From positions 128,001 through 192,000 of the forward strand of contig CAVYGB010000001.1 in assembly GCA_963767925.1 (NCBI GenBank): 64,000 nucleotides of DNA. The letters are read 5' to 3'. The translations under genes and the position numbers were made by a program. The DNA comes from an uncultured delta proteobacterium. Lineage in GTDB: Bacteria > Myxococcota_A > Polyangia > Fen-1088. Shown piece by piece: positions 9,133-19,072 of this stretch (the first letter of the stretch is position 1; every line of letters begins with the position of its first letter). The notes beneath the pieces are model-generated. The model did no database searches, had not been told where the DNA came from, and saw only the letters and a list, made by a program, of their open reading frames with translations.

Positions 9133-10986
9133 TCAGCGCGAGCCGGAGGCGGCGGGGCGGGGGGCCTCGGCGGGGGCGAGCTGCATGAGCTGCTCGGCCT
9201 GGGTGCGGGCCTCGGCCAGGGTGAAGGTCACGGCGCTGGCCCCGTCCTCCACGAGGGTGAGGGCCGCCTCCTGGGCCTCCGCCTTCACCCCCGCCCGCAG
9301 GATCAAGATCCGGGCCCCGTGCCGGCGGCCGCGCAGGCGCTTGCACAGGTAGCGCACGTGGGCCAGCCCGCCAGGCGGGAGCGAGGTGATGCAGACGACG
9401 TCGGGGGCGTCCTGCTCGACCGCGGCGCCGACCTCGGAGGCGAGCGCCTCGGCCCCCAGGCCGTCGAGCTCTACGCGGGCCGGATCGAAGAGCAGGGCCA
9501 GCATCTGCCAGACCAGCGCCTCGGCCTCGTTGCGAGCCGGCACCCCCAGCAGGCGGTACCTCCGCGCGCTCGTCTCGCCGGGGGGGGCAGCGGGCGGGGG
9601 CTCTTCGCCCCGCGCGGTGACGAGCAGGGCGCGCAGGGTGCGCAGGATCTCCTCGTGGTCGGGATCGGCGATCTCGCCCCGCGCGCGGTCTCGCTCGAGC
9701 AGCAACATCGCCGGCACGACCAGCTGGTCGAACACCCGCTCGAGCGAGGAGGTGCGGAGCTGCCGGTTGAGGATGGCCCCCGCCTCGTCCTCGTCGCGCG
9801 CCAGCAACCGCTGGTAAAACGTGAGCTCGGCCTCCAGGGCCGGCTCGTCGCCGAGGAGCACCGCCAGGAACTCCAGCCGGGGCATCTGCCGTCCCAGCAC
9901 CACCAGGCACAGGGTGAGGGGGGTGGAGAGCAGCAGCCCCACCGGGCCCCACAGCCAGACCCAGAACACCGCCGCCACAACCATGGCCACCGAGGAGACG
10001 CCGGTCCCCTTGCCGATGGCCACCGGCTCGACGACGTAGGCCCCCATCACGTCGAGGGCCAGGAACAGCCCCAGGGTGGCCAGAGTGTGCCACCAGTCCG
10101 GGAAGAGGGCGAAGGCCAGCAGGGCGGGCGGCAGCAGGCCGAGGATGCTCCCGAGGAAGGGGACGAAGCGCAACATGGCGGCGAGGAAGCCCCAGAGGGC
10201 GGCGTAGGGGACGCCGATGAGGAGCAGCCCGATGGTCACGGCCACGCCGAAGCCGGCGTTGATCACCGACTGGATCATCAGGAAGCGGCCGATGCGCCGG
10301 CCCGCCTCGTCGAGGGTGCGGGTGGTGAGGGAGACGTTGCGTCGCCCGGCCAGCCGGACGAAGCGGTCGCGCAGGTCCTCGCGCTTGGCGAGCAGGAAGA
10401 TCACGAGGACGAAGACGATCACCACCTTGGCGATCGGTTTGAGGGCCGGCTCGAGGGTGGCCCGGATTCGCTCCCAGGCGGTCGACTCGGCCGGCACGAT
10501 GCGCACCGGGCGCGCCCCGCGCGTCTCGGTCACCTGGGCGTCGAGCTCGCGCGCCACCTGGTCGATGGACTTCGAGAGGGCGCCGATCCCGACCCGGCTG
10601 TCGCCCCGCAGGTCAACCACCTTGCGCCGCATGGACTCCGTGTACTGGACCATCTGGGTCGAGAGGTCGAAGAGCTGGCGCTTGAGGAGGGCCCCGAAGC
10701 CGATCGCGAGGCCCAGCGCCACCAGCACGACCATGGCCACCGACAGCGCCCGCCCCAGCCGGCGCTCCAGGTACACAACGGCGGGGGTCAGGGCGAAGGC
10801 GATGACCACCCCCAGGGCGAGCGGGACCAGGACCTCCTGCCCCCGGGAGAAGATCGTCACCAGCAGGGCCAGGGTGGCCAGCCAGAAGAACAGCGGGTGG
10901 CGATCGAAGGAGCCGGGCGTGGGCACCCGCTGCGGGGGGAGGACCGATCGCGGGCTGGGTTCCATCTGGCTCCGTGCCGCGGGCAT
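9133..10986 (-). CDS. AI-2E family transporter with cytoplasmic C-terminal domain
   Basis: VLVPLALG..IAFALTP, REDLRDRFVRL, IGVPYAALWG..AAMLRFVPFLG, FWVWLWGPVGLLLSTPLT. Confidence 0.92.
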   Translation of the reverse strand: MPAARSQMEPSPRSVLPPQRVPTPGSFDRHPLFFWLATLALLVTIFSRGQEVLVPLALGVVIAFALTPAVVYLERRLGRALSVAMVVLVALGLAIGFGALLKRQLFDLSTQMVQYTESMRRKVVDLRGDSRVGIGALSKSIDQVARELDAQVTETRGARPVRIVPAESTAWERIRATLEPALKPIAKVVIVFVLVIFLLAKREDLRDRFVRLAGRRNVSLTTRTLDEAGRRIGRFLMIQSVINAGFGVAVTIGLLLIGVPYAALWGFLAAMLRFVPFLGSILGLLPPALLAFALFPDWWHTLATLGLFLALDVMGAYVVEPVAIGKGTGVSSVAMVVAAVFWVWLWGPVGLLLSTPLTLCLVVLGRQMPRLEFLAVLLGDEPALEAELTFYQRLLARDEDEAGAILNRQLRTSSLERVFDQLVVPAMLLLERDRARGEIADPDHEEILRTLRALLVTARGEEPPPAAPPGETSARRYRLLGVPARNEAEALVWQMLALLFDPARVELDGLGAEALASEVGAAVEQDAPDVVCITSLPPGGLAHVRYLCKRLRGRRHGARILILRAGVKAEAQEAALTLVEDGASAVTFTLAEARTQAEQLMQLAPAEAPRPAASGSR

Positions 10987-11015
10987 CCTAGCAGCTCGCG
11001 GACCTTCCACGACGC

Positions 11016-11030
11016 TGGCACGACAATTGA
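11016..11030 (+). promoter_or_regulatory. Candidate sigma54 (-24/-12) promoter
   Basis: TGGCAC-GACAA-TTGA, one mismatch to TGGCAC-N5-TTGC, about 30 nt upstream of the ORF at 11060. Confidence 0.5.
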
Positions 11031-11059
11031 GTAGGCGAGGGGCCGGGGGGAACCGACCG

Positions 11060-11365
11060 ATGCATGGCGAAAGCAGACGAGCCTATCTGGAGACGATGTC
11101 CGAGCGCCTGGCCGAGTGGGAGGCGCTGCTGGGCCTCGACCAATCTGGCTCACCGCGCGCGCAGGCGCCCGGGCTGACCGAAGACGGCGCCACCGACGCG
11201 CTGGTGGCCGAGGACGCGGCCTTGCGGAGCATGCTGGCCCAGCTCAGCCGCGCTGGCGACGACGGCTGGGACACGATCCGGGAGGAGCTCGAGGGCGGCT
11301 GGGACCGCTTCAAGGTCCTCGTCGCCCGCCGCCGGCAGCCGGCCGGGGCGGCCGGATTGCCCTGA
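11060..11365 (+). CDS. Small coiled-coil protein (Sll1863-like stress protein)
   Basis: RRAYLETMSERLAEWEA...AGDDGWDTIREELEGGWDRFK pattern. Confidence 0.6.
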   Translation: MHGESRRAYLETMSERLAEWEALLGLDQSGSPRAQAPGLTEDGATDALVAEDAALRSMLAQLSRAGDDGWDTIREELEGGWDRFKVLVARRRQPAGAAGLP

Positions 11366-11504
11366 CGGCCCGGGCAAGCGAGGGCCACCCCGTAACCGGC
11401 GGGGGACGTTCGTCCGCCGGCGGTAACGAGGCGCTCGCCCCGGCGATCTGGCGCGCGCCCGGACCGACGGCGGACGCGTCAGACGCGCCGTCCTCGCGCG
11501 GCGC

Positions 11505-12386
11505 TCAGGGAACCAGCTCGATGTCGTCGAGAAAGTACACGGTCGCGTCGGGCGGGGGCGACCACTCGAAGGCGGAGGCGGCCGTCCGGTCGATCGCGCC
11601 GAGACCGATCTCGTGGGTGGCCATCGTGGTGCCGACCGTGATCGTCGCCAGCAGCGGGGTGGCGGTCGTGTCGCAGGCCTCGGTCGACACCTTGGCGTAG
11701 ATCGCCACCCGCTTGCCGGGGCTGGAGGCGCGCATGCGGAAGCGCAGGGCCCGGTAGGCGGTCACGTCGCGCGGGCAATAGGAGCCGCGCAGGGTCTCGA
11801 TGAAGTCCTGGAAGCCGCCCGCGCCGGTGTGCTGCACGCGCAGCTCGCCGCTGCTGATGGTGACGTTCTGGTTGTCCCAGTCCACGATGCCGCCGAGCGG
11901 GTTGCTCGACCCCAGGGTGACGCCGGTCCGCTCGAAGTCGTCGATGGGCAGCGCCGGGGTGCCGGCGTCGGGCTCGCCCGGGTCGACGTCGGCGGCAGCG
12001 TCGGCGGGAGCGGGCGCGGGGTCGGGCGGCGCCAGATCGGGCGGGGCCGCGTCGGCGGCGGGAGGGAGGGGCGCAGGCGGGGCGCCGTCGGGCGCGGCGT
12101 CCTCCGCGGCGGCGGGCGCGTCCGGCGCTGGCGCGGGATCGGCGGTCGCCCCTTCGGGCGCGCCGGCGTCGGCGGGGGAAGCGGGCGCGGTGTCCTCGAT
12201 CGGGAGGGCGGCGTCGGCGGGGAGAGGGTCGGTCGGGGAGCCGCCGCTGGGGGCGCCGGGGCCGGCCTCGCTGCGCGGCCGCGGGTAGCCGGCGTCCCGC
12301 ATCGCCGTCAGCTCGGACGGGCTGGTCAGATCCACGCAGCCGGCGGTCAGCAGCAGCCACGCGATCGCCGGGCCGGGTGCTCTCAT
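11505..12386 (-). CDS. Lipoprotein with C-terminal carbohydrate-binding (CBM11/CIA30-like) domain
   Basis: Lipobox TAGC, Pro/Asp/Ala linker, IDDFE...DVTAYRALRFRMR...YFLDDIELV. Confidence 0.65.
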   Translation of the reverse strand: MRAPGPAIAWLLLTAGCVDLTSPSELTAMRDAGYPRPRSEAGPGAPSGGSPTDPLPADAALPIEDTAPASPADAGAPEGATADPAPAPDAPAAAEDAAPDGAPPAPLPPAADAAPPDLAPPDPAPAPADAAADVDPGEPDAGTPALPIDDFERTGVTLGSSNPLGGIVDWDNQNVTISSGELRVQHTGAGGFQDFIETLRGSYCPRDVTAYRALRFRMRASSPGKRVAIYAKVSTEACDTTATPLLATITVGTTMATHEIGLGAIDRTAASAFEWSPPPDATVYFLDDIELVP

Positions 12387-12747
12387 CGGGCCATGATGTT
12401 CCATCAGCGGGCCGAGCAGAGCAACTCCTGTGACGGTCCGGCGCGCGCTGATCTCGCGGCCCGCACCCCGGTCAGAGGTACGTCCCGATGGGAGGACCGG
12501 TCCGGCACGGCGCCCGCATGGGGAACGCCGCGTCCGAGGTCGATCGTCAACCTGCTGGCGCGATCGGTGGGTCTTCGGGGCGCCCGCCAGGGAGTCCCCT
12601 TATCGGCCCCCCGAGGCGAACCGTTCGCAAGGTGCGATAGGCACGTAGCCCGTCGCTGCGATCGGCGGGGAGCGCGTTGACCGAGCAGATCCTGACCCTG
12701 ATAATTCAGGGGAGTCGTCCGAGGCGAGGGAGGAGACAGGGGAAGTG

Positions 12748-13971
12748 ATGACGGTCGAGTCGAAGGTGAGCATTCTGATGGTGGACGACGTGCCCGCCAA
12801 CCTGCTGGCCCTCGAGGCGATGCTCGAGAGCCTGGGGCACGAGCTGGTCCGCGCCCGATCGGGAAAGGAGGCGCTCAAGCTCCTGCTCGAGCGCGAGTTC
12901 GCGGTGATCCTCCTCGACGTCGAGATGCCCGAGATGGACGGGTTCGAGACCGCCACCTTCATCCGCGCCCGCCTCGAGACCCGCCACACCCCCATCATCT
13001 TCCTCACCGCCTCGCAGCAGCACCGGGATCAGATCTTCCGGGGCTACGCGGTGGGGGCCATCGACTACATGCTCAAGCCGCTGGTGCCGGAGATCCTCCG
13101 CTGCAAGGTGGCCAGCTTCGCCGAGCTGGCCCTCAAGACCCAGATCGTGGAGCAGCAGGCCCGCCAGCTCGAGAAGGCCCTCGTGGTGCAGCAGCAGCAG
13201 GCCGCCGAGCTGGAAGCCAAGAACCTCGAGCTCGAGGAGGAGCGGCGCCGGGTGGAGCTGCAGAGCCGGGCCAAGTCGGACTTCCTGGCCGGGATGTCCC
13301 ACGAGCTGCGCACCCCCCTCAACGCCATCATCGGGTTCTCCGAGCTGCTGGTGCAGGGGTTGCCCGGCCCCCTCAACGACAAGCAGAACGAGTTCGTGGG
13401 GCACGTGCTGGCCAGCGGCCGCCACCTGCTGACCCTGGTCAACGACGTGCTCGACCTGTCGAAGGTGGAGGCCGGCCGCCTCTCGCTCGAGCGGGAGATG
13501 GTGGCCCTCGACGGGGTGGTGCAGGCGGTCAAGGGGGTGGTCGGCGGCCTGGTGGTCAAGCAGGGGGTCGAGCTCGACGTGGCGGTGCCCGAGGACCTGC
13601 CCCTGGTCTCTTGCGATCCGGTCCGCATCAAGCAGGTGCTCTACAACCTGATGTCCAACGCCATCAAGTTCACCCCCCGGGGGGGCAAGGTCACGCTGGT
13701 GGCCAGCCGCACCGGACCCTGGATCGACATCGCGGTCAGCGACACCGGCATCGGCATCGCCGAGAAGGACCTGCCCCGCCTGTTCCGGGAGTTCGAGCAG
13801 ATCAAACCCTCGGCCGGTCACAAGCCGGAGGGGACCGGGCTGGGGCTGGCCCTCACCCGGCGCCTGCTGGCCATGCACGGCGGGTCGGTCTCGGCCCAGA
13901 GCCGCCTCGGCGAAGGCTCGACCTTCACCGTGCGCCTGCCCATCGAGGCGGAGGTGGTGCCCCAGTCATGA
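12748..13971 (+). CDS. Hybrid response regulator-histidine kinase
   Basis: N-terminal REC (VDD, LLDVEMP, KP), coiled coil, SHELRTPL, NAIKFT, DTGIGI, GTGLGL. Confidence 0.95.
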   Translation: MTVESKVSILMVDDVPANLLALEAMLESLGHELVRARSGKEALKLLLEREFAVILLDVEMPEMDGFETATFIRARLETRHTPIIFLTASQQHRDQIFRGYAVGAIDYMLKPLVPEILRCKVASFAELALKTQIVEQQARQLEKALVVQQQQAAELEAKNLELEEERRRVELQSRAKSDFLAGMSHELRTPLNAIIGFSELLVQGLPGPLNDKQNEFVGHVLASGRHLLTLVNDVLDLSKVEAGRLSLEREMVALDGVVQAVKGVVGGLVVKQGVELDVAVPEDLPLVSCDPVRIKQVLYNLMSNAIKFTPRGGKVTLVASRTGPWIDIAVSDTGIGIAEKDLPRLFREFEQIKPSAGHKPEGTGLGLALTRRLLAMHGGSVSAQSRLGEGSTFTVRLPIEAEVVPQS

Positions 13972-14336
13972 CGATTCTCCTCGTCGAGGACAACGCCCTC
14001 AACCGCCGCCTGGCCGAGGTGACCCTGCTGGCGCGGGGCCACCAGGTCCTGCAGGCCGACACCACCGACGCCGCCCGGGCCATCCTGACGGTCGAGCGGC
14101 CCGACCTCGTGCTGATGGACATCGAGCTGCCGGGGGCCGGCGGCGAGTCGCTGCTGCGCGAGATCCGGGGCCAGGCCGACCGGGCCCACCTGACGGTCAT
14201 CGCCGTCACCGCCCGGGCCATGAACGGCGACCGCGAGCGCCTGCTGAGCTCGGGCTTCGACGGGTACATCAGCAAGCCCATCGACGTCGGCACCTTCGGC
14301 GCGGAGATCGAGTCGCTTGCCGCCCGAGGCGCGTGA
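13968..14336 (+). CDS. Single-domain response regulator (DivK-like)
   Basis: MTILLVEDN...VLMDIELP...AVTARAM...GFDGYISKPID. ATGA overlap with upstream gene. Confidence 0.92.
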   Translation: MTILLVEDNALNRRLAEVTLLARGHQVLQADTTDAARAILTVERPDLVLMDIELPGAGGESLLREIRGQADRAHLTVIAVTARAMNGDRERLLSSGFDGYISKPIDVGTFGAEIESLAARGA

Positions 14337-15153
14337 GCCGGCAATCGCGGATGTCAGACGTTTCGTCGAGCTGATCGAGCGCCGCTTCGGCTACGACTTC
14401 CAGGGATACGCCCTGGGCTCGCTGGCCCGCCGGCTGGCGTGGCTCAAGGACCGCACCGGCCTGACCGGGCCGGGGGACCTCGAGCGGCGGCTCGACCAGG
14501 ACCCCCACTTCGTCGACCAGGTGATCGACGCCCTCACCGTCGACGTCAGCGCGATGTTCCGGGACCCGGAGTTCTTCCTGACCTTCCGGCGCAAGGTGGT
14601 CCCCTTCCTGCGCACCTATCCCCGGCTGCGGCTCTGGGTGGCGGGCTGCGGGCGGGGCGAGGAGGTCTATTCGCTGGCCATCATCCTGCGCGAGGAGGGG
14701 CTGGAGGAGCGTTCTCTGATTTACGCCACCGACCTGAACCCCGCCGCCCTGACCCGGGCCCGGGAGGGGATCTACCCGGCCGACTCGCTGCGGAGCTACG
14801 CCGAGAGCTTCCTCCGGGCGGGGGGCCGCTCCTCCTTCGCCGGGTACTTCACGGTGGCCCACGGCTACGCCGCCATCGACCCCACCTTGCGGCGCCGGCT
14901 CTGCTTCGCCCAGCACAACCTGGTGGCCGACCGGGTGTTCGGGCAGATGCAGGTGGTGTGCTGCCGCAACGTCTTGATCTACTTCGCGCCCCCCCTGCAG
15001 GAGAGCGCGGTGGGGCTGCTCGACGCCAGCCTAGAGCCGGGGGGCTTTCTCGGGCTCGGCAGCCACGAGAGCGTGACGGTCTTCGGGGTGGCCCGCCGCT
15101 ACCAGGAGCTGGTCCCGGGCAGCCGGGTCTACCGCAAGCGTCCCTCGGAGTGA
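14317..15153 (+). CDS. cheR: Protein-glutamate O-methyltransferase CheR
   Basis: GYDF, MFRDP, WVAGC..GEEVYSLAI, YATDL, CRNVLIYF, GFLGLGSHES. Confidence 0.93.
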   Translation: MPPEAREPAIADVRRFVELIERRFGYDFQGYALGSLARRLAWLKDRTGLTGPGDLERRLDQDPHFVDQVIDALTVDVSAMFRDPEFFLTFRRKVVPFLRTYPRLRLWVAGCGRGEEVYSLAIILREEGLEERSLIYATDLNPAALTRAREGIYPADSLRSYAESFLRAGGRSSFAGYFTVAHGYAAIDPTLRRRLCFAQHNLVADRVFGQMQVVCCRNVLIYFAPPLQESAVGLLDASLEPGGFLGLGSHESVTVFGVARRYQELVPGSRVYRKRPSE

Positions 15154-18100
15154 GCGGCCTCCGCGCTGAGCCACACCCGCAGGGTCGACAGGAACTGCTG
15201 CACCTCGACCGGCTTGGTGACGTAGTCGCTGGCCCCGGCGTCGAGGCACTTCTGCCGATCGCCGGGCATCGCCTTGGCGGTGAGGGCGATGATCGGCAGC
15301 TTGCCGCCCCCGGGCTGGGCGCGGATGCGGCGGATGGCCTCGTAACCGTCCATGCCCGGCATCATGATGTCCATCAGCACCAGCTCGATCCCGCTCTCCC
15401 CGCTCAGCTTGTCGAGGGCGCCCTGGCCGTCGGCGGCCACCTCGACCTGCAGCCCCTTGTCGCGCAGGACGGCGGACAGCGAGTAGACGTTGCGCATGTC
15501 ATCGTCGACGATGAGCACGCGCTTGCCCTCCAGGGCGGGCTCCTTGTTGTGCACGACCTCGGTGAGGCGCTGCCGCTGCTCGGGCAGCTTGCGCCGCACC
15601 CGGTGGACGAACAGCCGCACCTCCTCCATCAGCCGCTGCGGTGAGCGCTCCCCCTTGAGCACCACCACCGTCTGGGGCTGCTTCTCGAGCTCGGACACCT
15701 CCTCGGCGGTCAAGGGGAAGCCGGTGTGGACGATGGTCGCCAGCTCGGAGGTGCGGGGGTGGGCCCGCAGGCGGGCCAGCAAATCCATCCCCGTTCGCTT
15801 GTCGGGCAGCCCCAGGTCGAGCACCAGGCAGCCGAAGGGCTCGTCGCAGAGCTGCTGGAAGGCCTCCTCGCCGGTGCCGACCGCCACCACCTCGATGTCC
15901 TTGCTGGCGATGAGGGTCGTGAGCGCCGCTCGCAGGTCGGCGTCGTCCTCCACCATGAGCACCTTGCGGACCTGCACCCCCGAGGTCTGCTCGAGGTTGC
16001 GGATGGCGCTGCGGAGCTGGTCGGCGTCGTGGGGCTTGCTGAGGAAGCCCACCGCCCCCAGCGAGCGGGCCCGATCCGCCCCCTCGGCCGCGCTGATGAA
16101 GTGCACGGGGATGCCCCGGGTGATGGGATCCATCCGCAGCCGCTCCATCACCGACCAGCCGTCCATGTCGGGCAGCCCCACGTCGAGGATGATGCCGCTC
16201 GGGCGGTGGCGGCGGGCCATGGCCAGGCCGCTTTCGCCCCGGTCGGCCACCAGGCACTTGAAGCCGGCCTGCCGGCACAGCGCGAGGGCGATGTCGATGA
16301 AGGTCTTGTCGTCGTCGATGACCAGCAGGCAGGGCTCCCCCGGGCGCAGGGCCGACTCGTCGTCGCGCACCGGCTCCGGTGGCGAGGCCGGAGCGGGCGG
16401 CCGGGTCTCCTCGGCGGGGGCGGCGTCCAGCGGGAGGTAGAGGGTGAAGGTGCTCCCCTTCTTGCCGTCGCTGGAGACCCGCAGATCGCCGCCCAGGGCC
16501 ACCGCCAGCTTGCGGGCGATGGCCAGCCCCAGGCCGGTCCCCCCGAACTTGCGGCTGGTGGTGCCGTCGGCCTGGGCGAAGGCCTCGAAGATCCACTCCT
16601 GCTTGTCGGGGGGGACGCCCACCCCGGAGTCGGTCACCGCGATGGCCAGGAAGGCGCTGGCCCCGCTCTCGGCGGCGGGGACCTCGCGGGCGGGCGCCCG
16701 GCGCAGCCGCACCGCCACCTGGCCCTTCTCGGTGAACTTGAGGGCGTTCGACAGCAGGTTCTTGAGGATCTGCTCGACCCGCATGCGATCGGTGTGCAGG
16801 TGCTCGGGCAGGTCGGCCTCTGCCTCGACCGAGAAGAGCAGCCCCTTGCGGGCGGCCAGCGGGCTCCACATCCCTCGCAGGTAGGTGGCCAGCTCCTCGG
16901 GGCCGACCTCCTCGCGCACGAGCTGCTGGCGCCCGGCCTCCACCTTCGACAGGTCGAGCACCTCGTTGATGAGGGTCAGCAGCTCCTGGCCCGACCGGTG
17001 GATCACGGTGGCGAACTCGACCTGCTTGGCGCTGAGGTTGGACGCCGAGTTCTCGGACAGCATCTGCGACAGCACGAGGATGCCGTTCAGGGGCGTGCGC
17101 AGCTCGTGGGACATGTTGGCCAGGAACTCGGACTTGTAGCGGCTGGCCCGGGCGACCTCGTCGGCCTTGTCCTGCACCATCTGGCGGGCGTCCTCCAGGG
17201 CGGCGTTCTTGTCGAGGACGGAGGCCCGCTCCACCTCCAGGGCCTCGCTCTGGCGGGCCAGCTCGTCGTTGATCTGGCGCAGCTCCTCCTGCTGGGCCTG
17301 CAGCTCCTCGGCCTGCCGCTGGCTCCGCTCGAGCAGCTCGCTCTGGCGCCGGCGGGAGCGGGCCACCGCGAAGGCCACCGCCAGCACGTCGCGGGCCCCC
17401 CTGGCCCCCTCGAGCTGCTGCTCGCTCCAGGGGGTGAGGCGGCCGAGCTCGACCACGCCGAGCACCCGGTGCTCGTGGGCGAAGGGGGCCACCACGATCT
17501 GACGGGCGGCCGCCTCGACCAGCGCCGAGCGGACCAGCAGGTGCCCGCCGGGCGGCTGGTCGAGCACCCGGAGCTGCCCGTCTTGCAGGGCCTCGCCGAG
17601 GAGGCCCTCTCCGGGCTTGAAGGTCGCCGGCAGCCCCTCCGGCTGAACGAAGGCGTGGCTGGCGCACAGGTGCAGGGCCCCGTCGTCCTCCACCAGGTAC
17701 AGCGCCGCCACCGGGGCCTCGAGGTAGCGGGCCAGGTAAACGAGGGAGCGGCGAGCCAGCTCGGCCTCCGACTGCTCGCCGGCCAGCTCGGTGGTCAGCC
17801 CGATGAGGCCGGTCTTCAGCCAGTCCTCGCGCGCCCCCTTCTCCCGGTATTCGCGCAGGCGCAGGGCGGTCTCGTTGCCCTGGCGGGCCAGGTCCCCGAA
17901 CTCGTCGAGGCTGGCCACCCGGATCTCCTGGCCGAAGTCACCCCGGGCCAGCCGCTCGACCCCCTCCTGCACGGCCTGCAGCGAGCGCACCGTGCCCCCG
18001 ATGATGCGGAAGGAGAGCAGCCCGGCCACTGCCAGGGCCAGGCCGGCCACCAGCAGGTCCAGCACCAGCGTCTGGTTGTAGGACTGGCGGGCGGCGGCGA

Positions 18101-18611
18101 AGGCGCCGGCCATGCGGGTCCGGTCGGGGGTGGCGGTGCTCTCGAGCCGGGTGGTGAGGCGGGCGTGCCGCTCCTGCATCCGCTCCATGCGATCGACCAG
18201 GGCCTCGCCCGCCTGCCCCCCGAGCAGGCGCACCGTCACGTCGCGCGCGGTCCGGTAGTAGTCCTCCATGTCGCGGCGGAGGGCGTTGGCGTCCTGGCCG
18301 TTGGCCGCCACCGCCGCCCGGGCGGCGTCCAGCGCGTGCAGGAACCGGCGCTGCAGGTCGTCGGCCTCGGCCAGCCCGTCGTGGTCCTGGGCGGCCGCCG
18401 CCCCCTCGAGCTTGCGCTGGATGTCGCTGAAGATCCGCTTGAGGTCGCGATCGAGCTCGAGCAGGGGCAGATAGGTGTCCTGCACCCGGGCGACCTGGGC
18501 CTCCGCCCGCCGGTTGAGCACCAGGGCGATGGCCGTCACGAGCAGCAGGCCCAGCAGGGCCGGCCCGACCAGCAGCAGGATCTTGTAACGGAACCGCAGC
18601 CGTTCGAGCAT
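15129..18611 (-). CDS. Membrane hybrid histidine kinase (periplasmic sensor-HAMP-GAF-coiled coil-HisKA-HATPase-3xREC)
   Basis: Two TMs, HAMP, GAF (GEGLLGE), EELQAQQEELRQ coil, SHELRTPL, three REC domains. SD GGAG precedes ATG 18611. Confidence 0.93.
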   Translation of the reverse strand: MLERLRFRYKILLLVGPALLGLLLVTAIALVLNRRAEAQVARVQDTYLPLLELDRDLKRIFSDIQRKLEGAAAAQDHDGLAEADDLQRRFLHALDAARAAVAANGQDANALRRDMEDYYRTARDVTVRLLGGQAGEALVDRMERMQERHARLTTRLESTATPDRTRMAGAFAAARQSYNQTLVLDLLVAGLALAVAGLLSFRIIGGTVRSLQAVQEGVERLARGDFGQEIRVASLDEFGDLARQGNETALRLREYREKGAREDWLKTGLIGLTTELAGEQSEAELARRSLVYLARYLEAPVAALYLVEDDGALHLCASHAFVQPEGLPATFKPGEGLLGEALQDGQLRVLDQPPGGHLLVRSALVEAAARQIVVAPFAHEHRVLGVVELGRLTPWSEQQLEGARGARDVLAVAFAVARSRRRQSELLERSQRQAEELQAQQEELRQINDELARQSEALEVERASVLDKNAALEDARQMVQDKADEVARASRYKSEFLANMSHELRTPLNGILVLSQMLSENSASNLSAKQVEFATVIHRSGQELLTLINEVLDLSKVEAGRQQLVREEVGPEELATYLRGMWSPLAARKGLLFSVEAEADLPEHLHTDRMRVEQILKNLLSNALKFTEKGQVAVRLRRAPAREVPAAESGASAFLAIAVTDSGVGVPPDKQEWIFEAFAQADGTTSRKFGGTGLGLAIARKLAVALGGDLRVSSDGKKGSTFTLYLPLDAAPAEETRPPAPASPPEPVRDDESALRPGEPCLLVIDDDKTFIDIALALCRQAGFKCLVADRGESGLAMARRHRPSGIILDVGLPDMDGWSVMERLRMDPITRGIPVHFISAAEGADRARSLGAVGFLSKPHDADQLRSAIRNLEQTSGVQVRKVLMVEDDADLRAALTTLIASKDIEVVAVGTGEEAFQQLCDEPFGCLVLDLGLPDKRTGMDLLARLRAHPRTSELATIVHTGFPLTAEEVSELEKQPQTVVVLKGERSPQRLMEEVRLFVHRVRRKLPEQRQRLTEVVHNKEPALEGKRVLIVDDDMRNVYSLSAVLRDKGLQVEVAADGQGALDKLSGESGIELVLMDIMMPGMDGYEAIRRIRAQPGGGKLPIIALTAKAMPGDRQKCLDAGASDYVTKPVEVQQFLSTLRVWLSAEAAHSEGRLR

Positions 18612-18616
18612 CACTC

Positions 18617-19060
18617 CTACTTGACCGCGACCGCCCGCACCCGCTGGGCGTCCGCCGACGTGGGAAGGTATCCGATCGCGCCCGCGTGCTTGAGCACGTA
18701 GTCGATCACCTCGATCTCCGAGGGCAGCTCGGGCGGGGGGACGTTTTTGCCCGAGAAGATCTGCTGCTGCCAGTAGCGCTTGATCTCGGAGACCCCCCGG
18801 CCCAGCACGTCCCGGGTGAAGGTCGTCCGGGCCGGCGCCGCCGGGGTGAGGTCGACCGGGCGGATGGGGGGACCGTGGGGCCAGTCGGCGTTGCGCTTGA
18901 GGAAGGCGTCGCGCACGAAGGTCCGGGAGACCTCCCGGATCGGGCTGTCGGGGTGCACGACGACGACGTAGCCGCCGTCTTTTCCCGCGACGGGCGAGGT
19001 CCCTGCCGCCAGCAGGATCGTCAGGGCCAGGACGCGCCCGAGGTTCTTCCAGGTGGACAC
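18617..19060 (-). CDS. Small secreted substrate-binding-protein-like protein (PstS-like annotation family)
   Basis: Signal peptide, VVVVHP, YWQQQIFSGK..PP, VIDYV...GAIGYL. Confidence 0.8.
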   Translation of the reverse strand: MSTWKNLGRVLALTILLAAGTSPVAGKDGGYVVVVHPDSPIREVSRTFVRDAFLKRNADWPHGPPIRPVDLTPAAPARTTFTRDVLGRGVSEIKRYWQQQIFSGKNVPPPELPSEIEVIDYVLKHAGAIGYLPTSADAQRVRAVAVK

Positions 19061-19072
19061 CGGGTCGTCCTC

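Noticed and set aside
15499..18701. Long overlapping ORFs (991 aa, 722 aa) and similar shadows such as 9121-11034, 30691-32607, 40686-43193 and 50694-53819
   Set aside because: Antisense or alternate-frame shadows of real genes, expected at this GC content, with no motifs.
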